Positions 8,701-17,648 of a DNA stretch of 64,000 nucleotides are shown here, one piece after another. The stretch comes from an uncultured archaeon (GTDB taxonomy: Archaea > Altiarchaeota > Altiarchaeia > JAFGQM01): positions 50,459 to 114,458 of the forward strand of contig CAZQBY010000001.1 of assembly GCA_964592405.1 (NCBI GenBank), given 5' to 3'. Both the position numbers and the translations under genes were made by a program. Each line of letters begins with the position of its first letter. Position 1 is the first letter of the stretch. Under the pieces are notes generated by a model, which was not told the origin of the DNA, made no database searches, and saw only the letters and a list, made by a program, of their open reading frames with translations.

Positions 8701-10397
8701 AACGGCTGAACAAGAACACCTTTTGGTTTAGGGGAGAGTACCCAAATGGTTTCTATGGGGCGCTGAAGATAAAGAACTGCTGCTATATATTCTTTGCCGG
8801 GAAATCCATTCAGCTGCCCATGGATACTGAAGTCAGGGAGAGGGCGATGGTTGACAACCTTGCTCCCGGTGAGAAGAAAAAGACAGTAGTCAAGATAACC
8901 AAGGAGGATGATGGGACGCCCACCTTGGAGATTGAGAAGGTGGACAAAGATGGAAAGAAGCGCACTGTCCTAAAGAAGACGGATGATATGCTGCGCCCAC
9001 AGGTTGACCAGCCAAAGACCGGAACTGTAATTCCAAGAAAGGTCAGTGAGATAGTATATGACCCGGAGAGCAGGGATATATTGTTCAGAAGCACCCTAGG
9101 GGGAGCATCCCCAACAGGGCAACTGCGTGCGGGTGATTATGGCAGCAGTTCGAAGGTAACAGAGGTGATAGACTGCATAACCAACTACCTAAATGGCATC
9201 CTCATGAAACATTATTCTCCGTTGGAACATGACCGTGCCCTTGCTGAGCTGGGGGGAATAACTCGGATAGTTCTAGATAACGGCATCCAGATAGAGAAGA
9301 AGGGTGAGAGATTTATACTTGCAAGCCCATCAGGCATAGGTTCGGGTTCAAATCTTGAGATACGCATGGACAGGATGGTAATTCTGGACGGTCTGGAGCT
9401 AGACAAAATCAAGATAATGCACACAGAGCGGGGACAACTCATGTGGCTTGCAGACAAGAACAAACTTGTAGTATGGCTCTATAAACTCGGCGAGGAGAAA
9501 GCGACCAAATTTGAGATAGATGAGAGGGAGACCGAAAAACTGCAGGAGGAAATAGACTCAGATGATGACGGCCTCACTGACTCAGAGGAATACGCCCTTG
9601 GAACAGATCCAAATGATCCTGACAGCGATGATGATGGCATACCAGATGGGGAGGAGGATGAAGACGGCGATGGCACACCCAATGCTGAGGAGATAGTCTG
9701 TAACTTCCATGGCTTTATGCTGGATCTCGGCCCAGACCTGAGGGAATACATGAACATGATAGGCCCTGTGCTGTCATTCGAAACAACAGACCACACAGTA
9801 ACATTCATAGCTGATGACAGCACTGGAACCTGCAGAAAGTATATAAGGATGTGTAACCGTGCTACAGGAGTTTGTGAGGATCCTGAGGAGATATCCAATG
9901 TTCAGGTGGCAGCCAATACAATAAGCATAACAACAACCGAGAATCACCTAAAGCTCTTGGAGGTAGGTCTGGACTCCAAAGGTAAACCTACTCTCAAATC
10001 AGTCCATAAGGACGAGAAAGGCAATATAGTCCAGGATGGGGAGACATTTGGCCCGGATGTTATAGAGAAGCTCCGGGGCACAAAGGGCGTTGGCGTTTAT
10101 GATCCGGATACTGGGAGGTGGACATTCTACAATGGTTTTGACATACCACGGGATCCGCGCTACAAGGATGGCATGACGCTGGCACCAACATACAACAACT
10201 CGCCCACCATCATGCCGGGTAATGTAATGGGTGAACCCCCAAAGACAGAAACGGCTAGCACCCAGACACTTCTGGCCGAACTTCCTTGGTCTCCTACCGG
10301 AAACTGCATGTTCCTGTTCATCGCATTTTTATTGATGGCTGTGTTATTCATACGCAGGAAAAGCATGGGTAAGCCTGTTGGATTATCCAGTAAATAG
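5763..10397 (+). CDS. Large secreted, C-terminally anchored Cys-rich surface protein with thrombospondin type-3-like Ca-binding repeats
   Basis: Signal peptide, many Cys, DSDDDGLTDSEE/DSDDDGIPDGEE/DEDGDGTPNAEE repeats, C-terminal TM plus basic tail. Confidence 0.8.
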   Translation: MMRRLWTSLVLAVLLISSFPVSLAQEPPAPADVHSFECGIGKLTHEEIKTLYKELYGESFQSRVEVGPSPTHSLEQNVKEVLKRTPQQIIEEFRNRTNPNAKNSVIGENEIGTPDGKLKFDYAGGCVSCQYFPFTSGTDTPYFACTKDLTTRVSYCEKGIDRCAENVTNQSTPLAGLFGVLSGPDHDNLMAIDDFKFYERNGAFAPTDYHTLVYSNLQKIYDNYLPIATVVSIFVPNPVGIASRIKKGVGALVTWVKTIGRSQVVKTAAKVGRTLPYFGSRGSQILATNRYLVKAFGQADELISATGGASGVADDVVREAAEAVVRLQDDFARPAAEVFSRFTEKPVSHVDETLFNNIFQQQAAEALQTKQGSQLLKELYEHYAAQNLAEVEAASLRSIVVRGFQEGRVSEDVAREVLEAIGASTSKTLDRSLSILDDLARGSVGTADAEGAIASIIRSAGMWQPAGGETAEMAARNLISGYTSIYRSGGKDAAESFAKNVLRGYGITPGQIDDILKSSADSFAKEAELALRRNLKATEKIGDIESIGAAKQGKLKKLQNLLLGTTKTKTSTFLRGIVYKAGFIYYLGHSPGENIGSQQMVFSVSPTAKGKAAIREYLDEEPPYVDILSHQSSYLEGWHKLLSYIHIPDFFENWLSFLQARFSGLTGKRFGESPEVEKIELESKCRDDMYKVKDTAWTFRSGKGDERFVLSPGTLRMSLSGDVMVLESDGSAHSYTTEIERAGCLPTIILKTHGVDITSEIWKSRDVSIDGLKNLMSSLGGRRGPASIERTGEGVHFGDYLSPPDDEVRCAMFDMSSWKNAMSSAGFGLLAQTLPLVDLATAPFLSKHMGECIDKDYWVHMTVMDEQGTLDLIEDLFSGAESQEVEKLNSTESSTAPSPAGATVAVTGEVAQKTMEGGQDSRGGYPTGAVSGSLVIGGEEKEKKTVAYAGSVQGFLSKFANMGVAAKDYVERTLREQELKRLNKNTFWFRGEYPNGFYGALKIKNCCYIFFAGKSIQLPMDTEVRERAMVDNLAPGEKKKTVVKITKEDDGTPTLEIEKVDKDGKKRTVLKKTDDMLRPQVDQPKTGTVIPRKVSEIVYDPESRDILFRSTLGGASPTGQLRAGDYGSSSKVTEVIDCITNYLNGILMKHYSPLEHDRALAELGGITRIVLDNGIQIEKKGERFILASPSGIGSGSNLEIRMDRMVILDGLELDKIKIMHTERGQLMWLADKNKLVVWLYKLGEEKATKFEIDERETEKLQEEIDSDDDGLTDSEEYALGTDPNDPDSDDDGIPDGEEDEDGDGTPNAEEIVCNFHGFMLDLGPDLREYMNMIGPVLSFETTDHTVTFIADDSTGTCRKYIRMCNRATGVCEDPEEISNVQVAANTISITTTENHLKLLEVGLDSKGKPTLKSVHKDEKGNIVQDGETFGPDVIEKLRGTKGVGVYDPDTGRWTFYNGFDIPRDPRYKDGMTLAPTYNNSPTIMPGNVMGEPPKTETASTQTLLAELPWSPTGNCMFLFIAFLLMAVLFIRRKSMGKPVGLSSK

Positions 10398-10423
10398 TGG
10401 GATATTCCCACCACAGAGGAAAA

Positions 10424-10765
10424 ATGGTTCATAGAATGCTCTTGGTCAGGGTTGGAGACAAGTATGTGCATCTTCTCAAGATGTTTGGCGCACTATTTAC
10501 ATTTGCATGCGCGTTCAATGTTCTGAGTGCCGCATATGAGCTAAACCAGGCCCTGAGAACCGGTGATCTGGCATACCCAGCGGCTTCTGTTGGAGATATA
10601 TTCGGCTCATTGACCGGACCCATAGCATCCCTCTTCTTCTGGCTGGGATTCATGATAATAGGGCTGATCCTCTATCGTTCTGACAGGACCTTCCTCCCTC
10701 TGGAAGAGGACATAATTGATTATCCCCCAGAGTCTCCTAGGTCTAGGGCCAAGGCCAAGAAGTGA
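10424..10765 (+). CDS. Two-TM membrane protein
   Basis: Two hydrophobic helices; ATG 10424 after GAGG. Confidence 0.65.
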   Translation: MVHRMLLVRVGDKYVHLLKMFGALFTFACAFNVLSAAYELNQALRTGDLAYPAASVGDIFGSLTGPIASLFFWLGFMIIGLILYRSDRTFLPLEEDIIDYPPESPRSRAKAKK

Positions 10766-10768
10766 AAA

Positions 10769-11683
10769 ATGTCCAAGATTCTCATAACTGATAAGATTAC
10801 GCCTGATGCTATCTCTGTGTTGAGGGAAAAACATGAGGTGGAAGAGTTTCTGGATTGGAAGCTGGAGGAACTTTTGGAGAAGATAAAAGACTTCGATGCC
10901 TTGGTTGTCAGGAGCCGGACCAAGGTAACAAAAGAGCTCATAGATGCCGGCAAGAAACTCAGGATAATAGCTAGGGCCGGTGCAGGCATTGACAATATTG
11001 ATAAAGATTATGCCGAATCCAAAGGTATTCAGGTATTAAACACCCCCACGGCAAACCTGCTCAGTGTAGCTGAATTGACATTGGGCCTTGCAATAGCGCT
11101 CCTCAGACACATCCCACGCGCTGACAGGGGCATGAGGCAGGGTCTTTGGGAGAAGAAGAAGCTTCGTGGTAGTGAAATATCCGGTAAAAAGTGGGGGATA
11201 ATTGGGTTGGGGAACGTTGGCAGGCTTGTTGTCGGTCTTTTGAAAGGCTTCAATTGTGATATCCTAACCTATGATCCATACGTCTCCAAAGAAACAGCGG
11301 TTGGTCTGGGGGCGAGATCTGTATCCCTTGATGAACTGCTAAGAGAATGCGATATAATCTCCATCCATGTCCCGCTTTTGGATTCCACCCGCGGTCTGAT
11401 AGGAGCTAGGGAACTATCCATGATGAAGGATTCTGCAGTTCTTATAAATACCTCCCGTGGCGGCATAGTGGATGAAAGCGCGCTGTATGAAGCCCTCAGG
11501 AAGAACAAGATAAGAGGAGCTGCACTTGACGTCTTTGAGAATGAACCCCCGGGCGACTCACTACTATTGACTCTGGAAAATACTGTTTATACCTGTCATC
11601 TTGGTGCCAATACCTCAGATGCCCTTGACCGCGTGAGTAAAGAGGTTGCAGAAAAACTTTTAAAGGCTCTGGAACCTGTTTAA
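10769..11683 (+). CDS. serA: D-3-phosphoglycerate dehydrogenase / D-2-hydroxyacid dehydrogenase (short form, no ACT)
   Basis: VRSRTKVT, RAGAGIDNID, GIIGLGNVG, INTSRGGIVDE, LDVFENEP, TCHLGANT. Confidence 0.85.
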   Translation: MSKILITDKITPDAISVLREKHEVEEFLDWKLEELLEKIKDFDALVVRSRTKVTKELIDAGKKLRIIARAGAGIDNIDKDYAESKGIQVLNTPTANLLSVAELTLGLAIALLRHIPRADRGMRQGLWEKKKLRGSEISGKKWGIIGLGNVGRLVVGLLKGFNCDILTYDPYVSKETAVGLGARSVSLDELLRECDIISIHVPLLDSTRGLIGARELSMMKDSAVLINTSRGGIVDESALYEALRKNKIRGAALDVFENEPPGDSLLLTLENTVYTCHLGANTSDALDRVSKEVAEKLLKALEPV

Positions 11684-11765
11684 TACCCTTGATGATAGAG
11701 AATCCTGATGATAGTGAGTGTCCAAAGCCCGGTTTTTGTTCCCCAATTCCAAGATTGAGGATAAT

Positions 11766-12089
11766 CTAACGATTATTTTTTAGAGAAATAAATTTTCTCG
11801 TAGCGTCTTCCATTACTCGATGCCAGTTGCTATCCAAACCGAGAGAGCCCCAACCGAGTCCGCATTTTCGAAGTAGATTCCTTACCCACATGCCCAAATC
11901 ATAATGTCTCTTGCTTGACCAGTCATTTTCCTTTTGCATCAACTCCCAAACTTCTAGAAAGGTCTCTTCGGGAATATTTTTTATCAAACAGTTTATAGCC
12001 TTCAACCATTCTTCTTTTGTTATTTTTCCTCTAGGAACCGGCTGGAACCCCTTGGGCAGCCCCTTTATTTTAAGATTTTCCTTTTTCAT
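11766..12089 (-). CDS. Hypothetical protein (DUF6794-like HxxLGMWVRN motif), AT-rich
   Basis: HYDLGMWVRNLLR; lower GC than neighbours. Confidence 0.6.
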   Translation of the reverse strand: MKKENLKIKGLPKGFQPVPRGKITKEEWLKAINCLIKNIPEETFLEVWELMQKENDWSSKRHYDLGMWVRNLLRKCGLGWGSLGLDSNWHRVMEDATRKFISLKNNR

Positions 12090-12251
12090 ATCTATTTAAA
12101 TTTCAAAACTCTTTTTTAATTCTTTTTGAGATCATCAGGTAAAGTTCAACAAATTACTATTAAAAAGGAAAAGAAAAATGTGGGGAACTGCCCAGTGGGA
12201 ACTGCCCATGACCCGTTTTTATCCCCAATTCCATAATGAATACAACCCAAA

Positions 12252-13862
12252 ATGCCAGAGCTTGATTTGCAGAAGTTACTAGCCAAGAATAATATTGACA
12301 GAAGTACAGGGCCTAAGGCAAAAGAACATCCTTCTGGCATAGGGAAATCTCCAGAAAAGACTCAAAAGCCTGAAGAAAGCAGGAAACCGACCCCTGCAGG
12401 AGACGGCCTTATGAAACTTCTCAGACAGGAGAAGGCCGTCAAAGAAAAACTCATTGACAGTTATGACAACGTTGAGATAGTGGATACTGGGGGAGAGTTA
12501 TACCTGTACCGGGTGAAATTACCCAACCTGACACCTGCCGACCATCAGATTATTGAGTCCATACAGAAGGTAGCCGTAAAGATAATCGATACCCGCCGGG
12601 AGAGTAGCAATTCCAAGATAAGAAAGCAGAGCCTTAGAGAGAAAATATACAGCATGATCGCAAAAACCTCCTCAATCAAGGTTTCTGAGACCAAGATGCA
12701 TGCGTATGCTGATATAATATCCAGAGAAATGGGGGGTTATGGCCTTCTGGACTATCTCATGGATGATGACCAACTTGAGGAGATCATGGTAGTTCCGCCG
12801 AAGCGCAAGGTCTATGTATTTCACCGGACTCACGGCATGCTTCTGACCAACATAGATATAGATTCTGACGAATATACCATAAACATTATAGAGAGGATAG
12901 CGCGGGATGTCTCGCGCAGGGTGGATACAAATAACCCTCTCCTCGATGCGCGCCTGCCATCCGGTGACAGGGTTAATGCCACTCTCCAGCCCGCATCTGT
13001 TGATGGACCGAGCCTTACAATAAGGAAATTCAGGGAGAATCCCTATACGATAGCAGACATGATAAAGTTCAAGACTCTTAACCCTGAGGTTGCAGCCTTT
13101 TTATGGCTCGCAGTAGAAGGCATACAGTCTTTTCCATCCAATGTGCTTATTTCCGGGGGAACGTCTTCTGGCAAGACCACACTCCTTAACTGCATCTCTA
13201 TGTTTATAAGACCAACCGAAAGGGTTTTGACAATTGAGGATACTGCTGAGCTGAAGCTACCGCTCAAGCACTGGATACGTCTGGAAACTCGCCCACCAGG
13301 CATAGAGGGAACCGGTGAAATAAGCATGGATGTCCTGCTGAAGAATGCACTGAGAATGAGACCAGACCGCATAATCGTTGGTGAGGTGAGGCACAGCGAG
13401 GCGTTCACCCTGTTCACAGCCATGAACACAGGTCATCAGGGTTCGATGGGAACTATACACGCCAATACCAGTGAGGAAACTCTAGTCAGGCTCATGTCGC
13501 CTCCAATGAATATCCCTGAGCAGATGGCGACTGCATTAAATCTGATAGTTGTCCTTAACCGTATAAATGTTCCAAAAGTCGGACTTGTAAGGAGGGTCAC
13601 GGAGATAGCTGAGGTAACCGGCACAAAGAAGCCGGAACTTCATATGATTTATGAGTGGAATTCTGAAAGTGATGATATAGTACCTGTCGACAGGGTATCC
13701 TCAGTGAAGAAAAAGATACAGAAGTATTCAGGGCTGTCCTCCAGCAGTATTGATAAGGAGCTCAGTATTCGTGAAGAGCTCCTGTCAGCGGCAGCCAAGA
13801 AAGATATAACGGCCTTGGACTCTTTTGCAACCTTTATACAAAAATATTATGAGAAACAGTAA
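12252..13862 (+). CDS. CpaF/TadA/VirB11-family pilus/secretion ATPase
   Basis: GGTSSGKTT Walker A, IEDTAEL, LRMRPDRIIVGEVR, MNTGH..GTIHAN. Confidence 0.93.
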   Translation: MPELDLQKLLAKNNIDRSTGPKAKEHPSGIGKSPEKTQKPEESRKPTPAGDGLMKLLRQEKAVKEKLIDSYDNVEIVDTGGELYLYRVKLPNLTPADHQIIESIQKVAVKIIDTRRESSNSKIRKQSLREKIYSMIAKTSSIKVSETKMHAYADIISREMGGYGLLDYLMDDDQLEEIMVVPPKRKVYVFHRTHGMLLTNIDIDSDEYTINIIERIARDVSRRVDTNNPLLDARLPSGDRVNATLQPASVDGPSLTIRKFRENPYTIADMIKFKTLNPEVAAFLWLAVEGIQSFPSNVLISGGTSSGKTTLLNCISMFIRPTERVLTIEDTAELKLPLKHWIRLETRPPGIEGTGEISMDVLLKNALRMRPDRIIVGEVRHSEAFTLFTAMNTGHQGSMGTIHANTSEETLVRLMSPPMNIPEQMATALNLIVVLNRINVPKVGLVRRVTEIAEVTGTKKPELHMIYEWNSESDDIVPVDRVSSVKKKIQKYSGLSSSSIDKELSIREELLSAAAKKDITALDSFATFIQKYYEKQ

Positions 13863-13892
13863 TCTATTTTTAAAAAACATCTATTAATTTAA

Positions 13893-15170
13893 ATGACAAT
13901 GCCTGATAGCAACAAGCCCAAGGATTTGAAGAAACTTGAGGAATGGGATGAAATGCTCAGCAAGATAAAACCAAAGACCCAATCAGCTGAGACAAAGACC
14001 CCTGTAACCAAAGAGCAACTTCCGTCATCAAGGGAATTTGAGCTAGAGTGGGAAAAAAGGATAAAATCAGGTGATAAGGCCATCCCCGCTTCCACCAAGA
14101 CAAAAAAGAGGGTCGATTCACTGGAGGAGGTTTTCCAGCACTTGGAGGAGCAGCCTGCTCCAAAATCTGCCAAAATATCCAAGACTCCGGGCAGGAAGGA
14201 AAAGAGGAGGCTGGAGAGAATTGGAGGCGCTATACGTGGTGAGGCCCCAACTTTAAGGGAGCGGGATATTACAGGCGAGGTTGTCGGAGGACTATACAGA
14301 CTCTACCCGATGGGAAATCTCCCTCCTCTCAATCTCCTCTCAAAATTCCTTCTGAAACTAAGCAAAGAATCCTTGGAGAAGGATCTCGTGAGGTCAAAGA
14401 TACCATTGTATCCCGATGAATATACATCTTTCTCAGTTGGCATTGGATTTATATTCTCCATACTGATTTTTGTCTTGATATTCCTGCTGGTTTTCCCCTC
14501 ATCCCCTACCCTATCCAGTTTGCTCATGCCATTGGTTGGGTTCATAGTCTCGCTGTTGCTGATTTCCATTTTTGTTACGAAACTGCCATCAATACAGATA
14601 AAATCCAGTTCTAGGGATGTTGATCGCCAGTTGCCCTATGCTCTCAGGCATATGTCGGCCCTGCTCAGCGCAGGCATAAGTATATTTGATTCAATAGTAT
14701 CAGTCTCTAAAGCGGATTACGGATTGCTGTCGGATGAGCTTGATAAGGTGGTCTGGGATGTTAAGTCGGGTGAGAACTTCTCAGAGGCTTTGGAAGATGC
14801 TTCCAATCGTGTAGGGTCCACATCCTTTACACGTGTAACAATACATATACGACGGGCTCTGCAGATGGGTGGGGATGTTGCAAGCATAATAGGTCAGATA
14901 GCCGAGGATCTGACCTTCGAAATGAGAATGAAGATATCGGACTTTGTCGAGAAGCTCAATGCATTTGCCATAGTCTATTTGATAGGGGGAATAGTTGGGC
15001 CGGTGGTCATAGCTGTTTTCACGGTTGTCGGAAGTGCCAAACCGCTTCAGGACGTGGGAAGTGGTGGCATGATAGATACAACCATGCTGATGTTCATGAT
15101 ACTTGTGATGTTCCCTCTGATAATGCTCTTCATAACATATATAGTCAGGCTTATGGAACCAAAAGTATAA
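13893..15170 (+). CDS. Type II secretion system F / TadC-like platform membrane protein
   Basis: LPYALRHMSALLSAG, YGLLSDEL, multiple TMs, adjacent to ATPase. Confidence 0.88.
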   Translation: MTMPDSNKPKDLKKLEEWDEMLSKIKPKTQSAETKTPVTKEQLPSSREFELEWEKRIKSGDKAIPASTKTKKRVDSLEEVFQHLEEQPAPKSAKISKTPGRKEKRRLERIGGAIRGEAPTLRERDITGEVVGGLYRLYPMGNLPPLNLLSKFLLKLSKESLEKDLVRSKIPLYPDEYTSFSVGIGFIFSILIFVLIFLLVFPSSPTLSSLLMPLVGFIVSLLLISIFVTKLPSIQIKSSSRDVDRQLPYALRHMSALLSAGISIFDSIVSVSKADYGLLSDELDKVVWDVKSGENFSEALEDASNRVGSTSFTRVTIHIRRALQMGGDVASIIGQIAEDLTFEMRMKISDFVEKLNAFAIVYLIGGIVGPVVIAVFTVVGSAKPLQDVGSGGMIDTTMLMFMILVMFPLIMLFITYIVRLMEPKV

Positions 15171-15219
15171 GGTATAAAACAGATCAAATCACAGACAACA
15201 TTTTAATTAAAACTTAACG

Positions 15220-16122
15220 ATGCCAAAGGATACAAACAGATCATCACAGAACCTTGGATATGGCCGGTATCTGGAGACAAGCAATATAAGGCTGTCCCCA
15301 ATACTTTGGTTCATTGTAGCCATAGTCATGGCTGCAGTCCTAAGTTTTATACTCTTTTTGGCCTTCCCAAATAGCCCGGCAATTTCCCTGATTGCCATAG
15401 TGGTAATCCCTATACTCATTATAGGCCTCCCCATAATCATGAAAGAAAGGCGTGATGGACATATTGAGGAGGCAATACCTGACGTGTTCGAGGAACTGGC
15501 CACCTCACTGAGGGCAGGTGCTACAATAGAGCAGGCCCTTCTAGACCTGACGAAGATACAGAAAGGTCCGCTCATAGATGAACTCAAGACCGCCCTGCAG
15601 GATATGGAGGGCGGGTTCAGCTTTGAGGAGGCATTAGAGAACCTCATTTCCCGGGTGGACATAGTCATGCTGAAGCGGATATTCAAGATAGTCATAGACG
15701 GCAAGAAGGCTGGTGGAGAGCTGGCTAACATACTGGATGCGGTAGCCTCCGATGCAAGGGAAATGGCGCGCCTGAGCAGAGAGCGGATGAGTAAGACCCT
15801 TATGTATGTAATATTCATCTTTGCAGCCGGCTCGGTGGTGGCACCTCTGATATTTGGATTCGTGACTGAGATAGGGTTTATGGTAGCAAATGTGGGAGCC
15901 ACAGTAGAGGTGGAAAACCCCCTTAATATACCCGGAACAGGCATAAACCTATTCTGGCTCTACCTCCTATTGGAGTGTTTTATCTCTGGCATAATGCTGG
16001 CCGTTGTCCGGGGTATCAAGATCTGGAGGGGGATAGTTTTCTATTCCCTATCCATGGCGCTTTTGGGCACCATAGTATTTGAAGTGGCCAAGACAATAGC
16101 AGCATATATGCTCGCTGTATGA
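15220..16122 (+). CDS. Type II secretion system F / TadB-like platform membrane protein
   Basis: IPDVFEELATSLRAGATIEQAL, GGELANILD, TMs. Confidence 0.88.
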   Translation: MPKDTNRSSQNLGYGRYLETSNIRLSPILWFIVAIVMAAVLSFILFLAFPNSPAISLIAIVVIPILIIGLPIIMKERRDGHIEEAIPDVFEELATSLRAGATIEQALLDLTKIQKGPLIDELKTALQDMEGGFSFEEALENLISRVDIVMLKRIFKIVIDGKKAGGELANILDAVASDAREMARLSRERMSKTLMYVIFIFAAGSVVAPLIFGFVTEIGFMVANVGATVEVENPLNIPGTGINLFWLYLLLECFISGIMLAVVRGIKIWRGIVFYSLSMALLGTIVFEVAKTIAAYMLAV

Positions 16123-16215
16123 GTCCTATTCCTGTTCCAATATAAGTTTTTGTTTCTCTTTAAGCAACACTTTTTATCACACAACACACAAAATAAAGCC
16201 GCTATATCTCATCTT

Positions 16216-16289
16216 GGGCCCATGGTCTAGCCTGGTATGACGTCGCCTTGACATGGCGGAGGTCGCCGGTTCAAATCCGGCTGGGCCCA
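16216..16289 (+). tRNA. tRNA-Val(GAC), intronless
   Basis: GGGCCCA/TGGGCCC acceptor stem, anticodon loop TT-GAC-AT, T-arm GCCGG-TTCAAAT-CCGGC. Confidence 0.96.
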
Positions 16290-16324
16290 TTCCAGTCTTC
16301 TCTTGGTTTACGGTTTTCTGAAAA

Positions 16325-16507
16325 ATGCCTGTTGTTAGAGTGAGTATGTGGGAAGGGAGAACGCGCGAGCAGAAGGCGGAGCTGGCCGAGGCTATAACCA
16401 AGGCGATCTCCGAAATCGCCAAGACGCCCAGGGAGCATGTATGGGTCATCTACGAGGACGTCAATAAGAGCGACTGGGCGATAGGCGGGAAACTCTGCGA
16501 CGAATAG
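16325..16507 (+). CDS. 4-oxalocrotonate tautomerase family protein
   Basis: Pro-1 after Met, EGRTREQKAEL, WAIGG. Confidence 0.93.
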   Translation: MPVVRVSMWEGRTREQKAELAEAITKAISEIAKTPREHVWVIYEDVNKSDWAIGGKLCDE

Positions 16508-16556
16508 GAGCCCCTGGCTGCGTAAGCCCTTTTATATCAAAAAACGCAAACTATAC

Positions 16557-16681
16557 GGGCCCGTAGCCTAGTCAGGATAGGGCGACAGCCTTCTACGGCC
16601 TTTTCTTCATTTGGGGAAGAACGGTTCGCTAAGAGATCCGGAGAAAGCTGTAGATCGCGGGTTCGAATCCCGCCGGGTCCG
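16557..16681 (+). tRNA. tRNA-Arg(TCT) with 50-nt BHB intron at 37/38 (16596-16645)
   Basis: Anticodon stem ACAGC/GCTGT, CT-TCT-A; central helix CTTC/GGAG with 3-nt bulges; T-arm GCGGG-TTCGAAT-CCCGC. Confidence 0.95.
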
Positions 16682-16687
16682 TCCTCA

Positions 16688-16749
16688 TTCTTCTTGGCTT
16701 AGCCTCGGCCGAACCCGGCTTATGTCAGGGAGGGTGGCTAAGCGAGGAA
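16688..16749 (+). repeat. tRNA 3' trailer hairpin module (5' half repeated after tRNA-Thr, 26869-26903)
   Basis: ttcttggcttagc and cccggcttatgtcag occur after both tRNAs; gcttagcc pairs with ggctaagc. Confidence 0.8.
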
Positions 16750-16855
16750 CTCCTCGAAATCCTGCCGGATCCACTTTAAATTCTTAAGCTCTTGTTGTAT
16801 TTTTTTAACTTTGTTGATTTAGCTCAATTCGCTACGTCTTCTAAATTTATAACCG

Positions 16856-17500
16856 TTATAGCTTCTTTGCCACAATAAACCAATAGACGTGAGTATGCGG
16901 ACTTCCGTGTGTATGTTCTTCACTCAATTTTTTTAATTCTATTGTCTCAAAATCTGAAAAATCAGACCTCACTTCATCCTCTTCAAAGAATCTGCCTATT
17001 CTGGCTTTTCGCTTTACGTAGAAGGTGCGTAGAGCTACTTCCTCGCCTTCTCCAAAGGTGGAATCATCTGTTGAGAAAAAGGATTGTATAATCAACCCCC
17101 CCGGTCTAAGGACTCTCTCACATTCCTTTAGGAACTTCCTTCTCACGTCATCCCGGTACAACAAATGCATAAAGAGGTGGCTAAACACAACATCAAATGC
17201 CTGGTCTTGAAAAGGCATATTAGTTGCATCCGCCTTTATGAATGTCCCATCTGGTACAAACTCTTCTGCAAGTTTTATCGCTTCGCCACTTGAATCCAAA
17301 CCTACAACATCAAATCCCTGCTCTATGAAGAATTTGCAATCTCTTCCGTAGCCACAACCAACATCAAGAATTTTGCTCTTCGGTTTTAGATACTTTATAG
17401 ATTCTAAGGCGGTTGGACTTTCTGTTTCGCCCCAAACATAGCCATTCTTCTTAAATCTCCTATCCCACTCTTCAGAACTTTCCATTGTTCTATTAAACAT
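16856..17500 (-). CDS. Class I SAM-dependent methyltransferase
   Basis: ILDVGCGYGRD, VVGLDSS, ADATNMPF..FDVV, RVLRPGG. Confidence 0.92.
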   Translation of the reverse strand: MFNRTMESSEEWDRRFKKNGYVWGETESPTALESIKYLKPKSKILDVGCGYGRDCKFFIEQGFDVVGLDSSGEAIKLAEEFVPDGTFIKADATNMPFQDQAFDVVFSHLFMHLLYRDDVRRKFLKECERVLRPGGLIIQSFFSTDDSTFGEGEEVALRTFYVKRKARIGRFFEEDEVRSDFSDFETIELKKLSEEHTHGSPHTHVYWFIVAKKL

Positions 17501-17648
17501 TATTTGTCATATCTGGAATAAGAATATCCAAAACACCTCGCAGCACCCTCAACTTTTCGGGGGCGCAACCTTAAACCAAAATTCCGTTTTTAGGCCTACG
17601 CCGGGTCCACACATTTTTTATTCAAGAATCTGCAGTTTACATAACAAG

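Noticed and set aside
17543-17567. caccctc...gggggcg hairpin resembling hairpin 4 of the intron element
   Set aside because: Low-complexity C/G runs; similarity too weak
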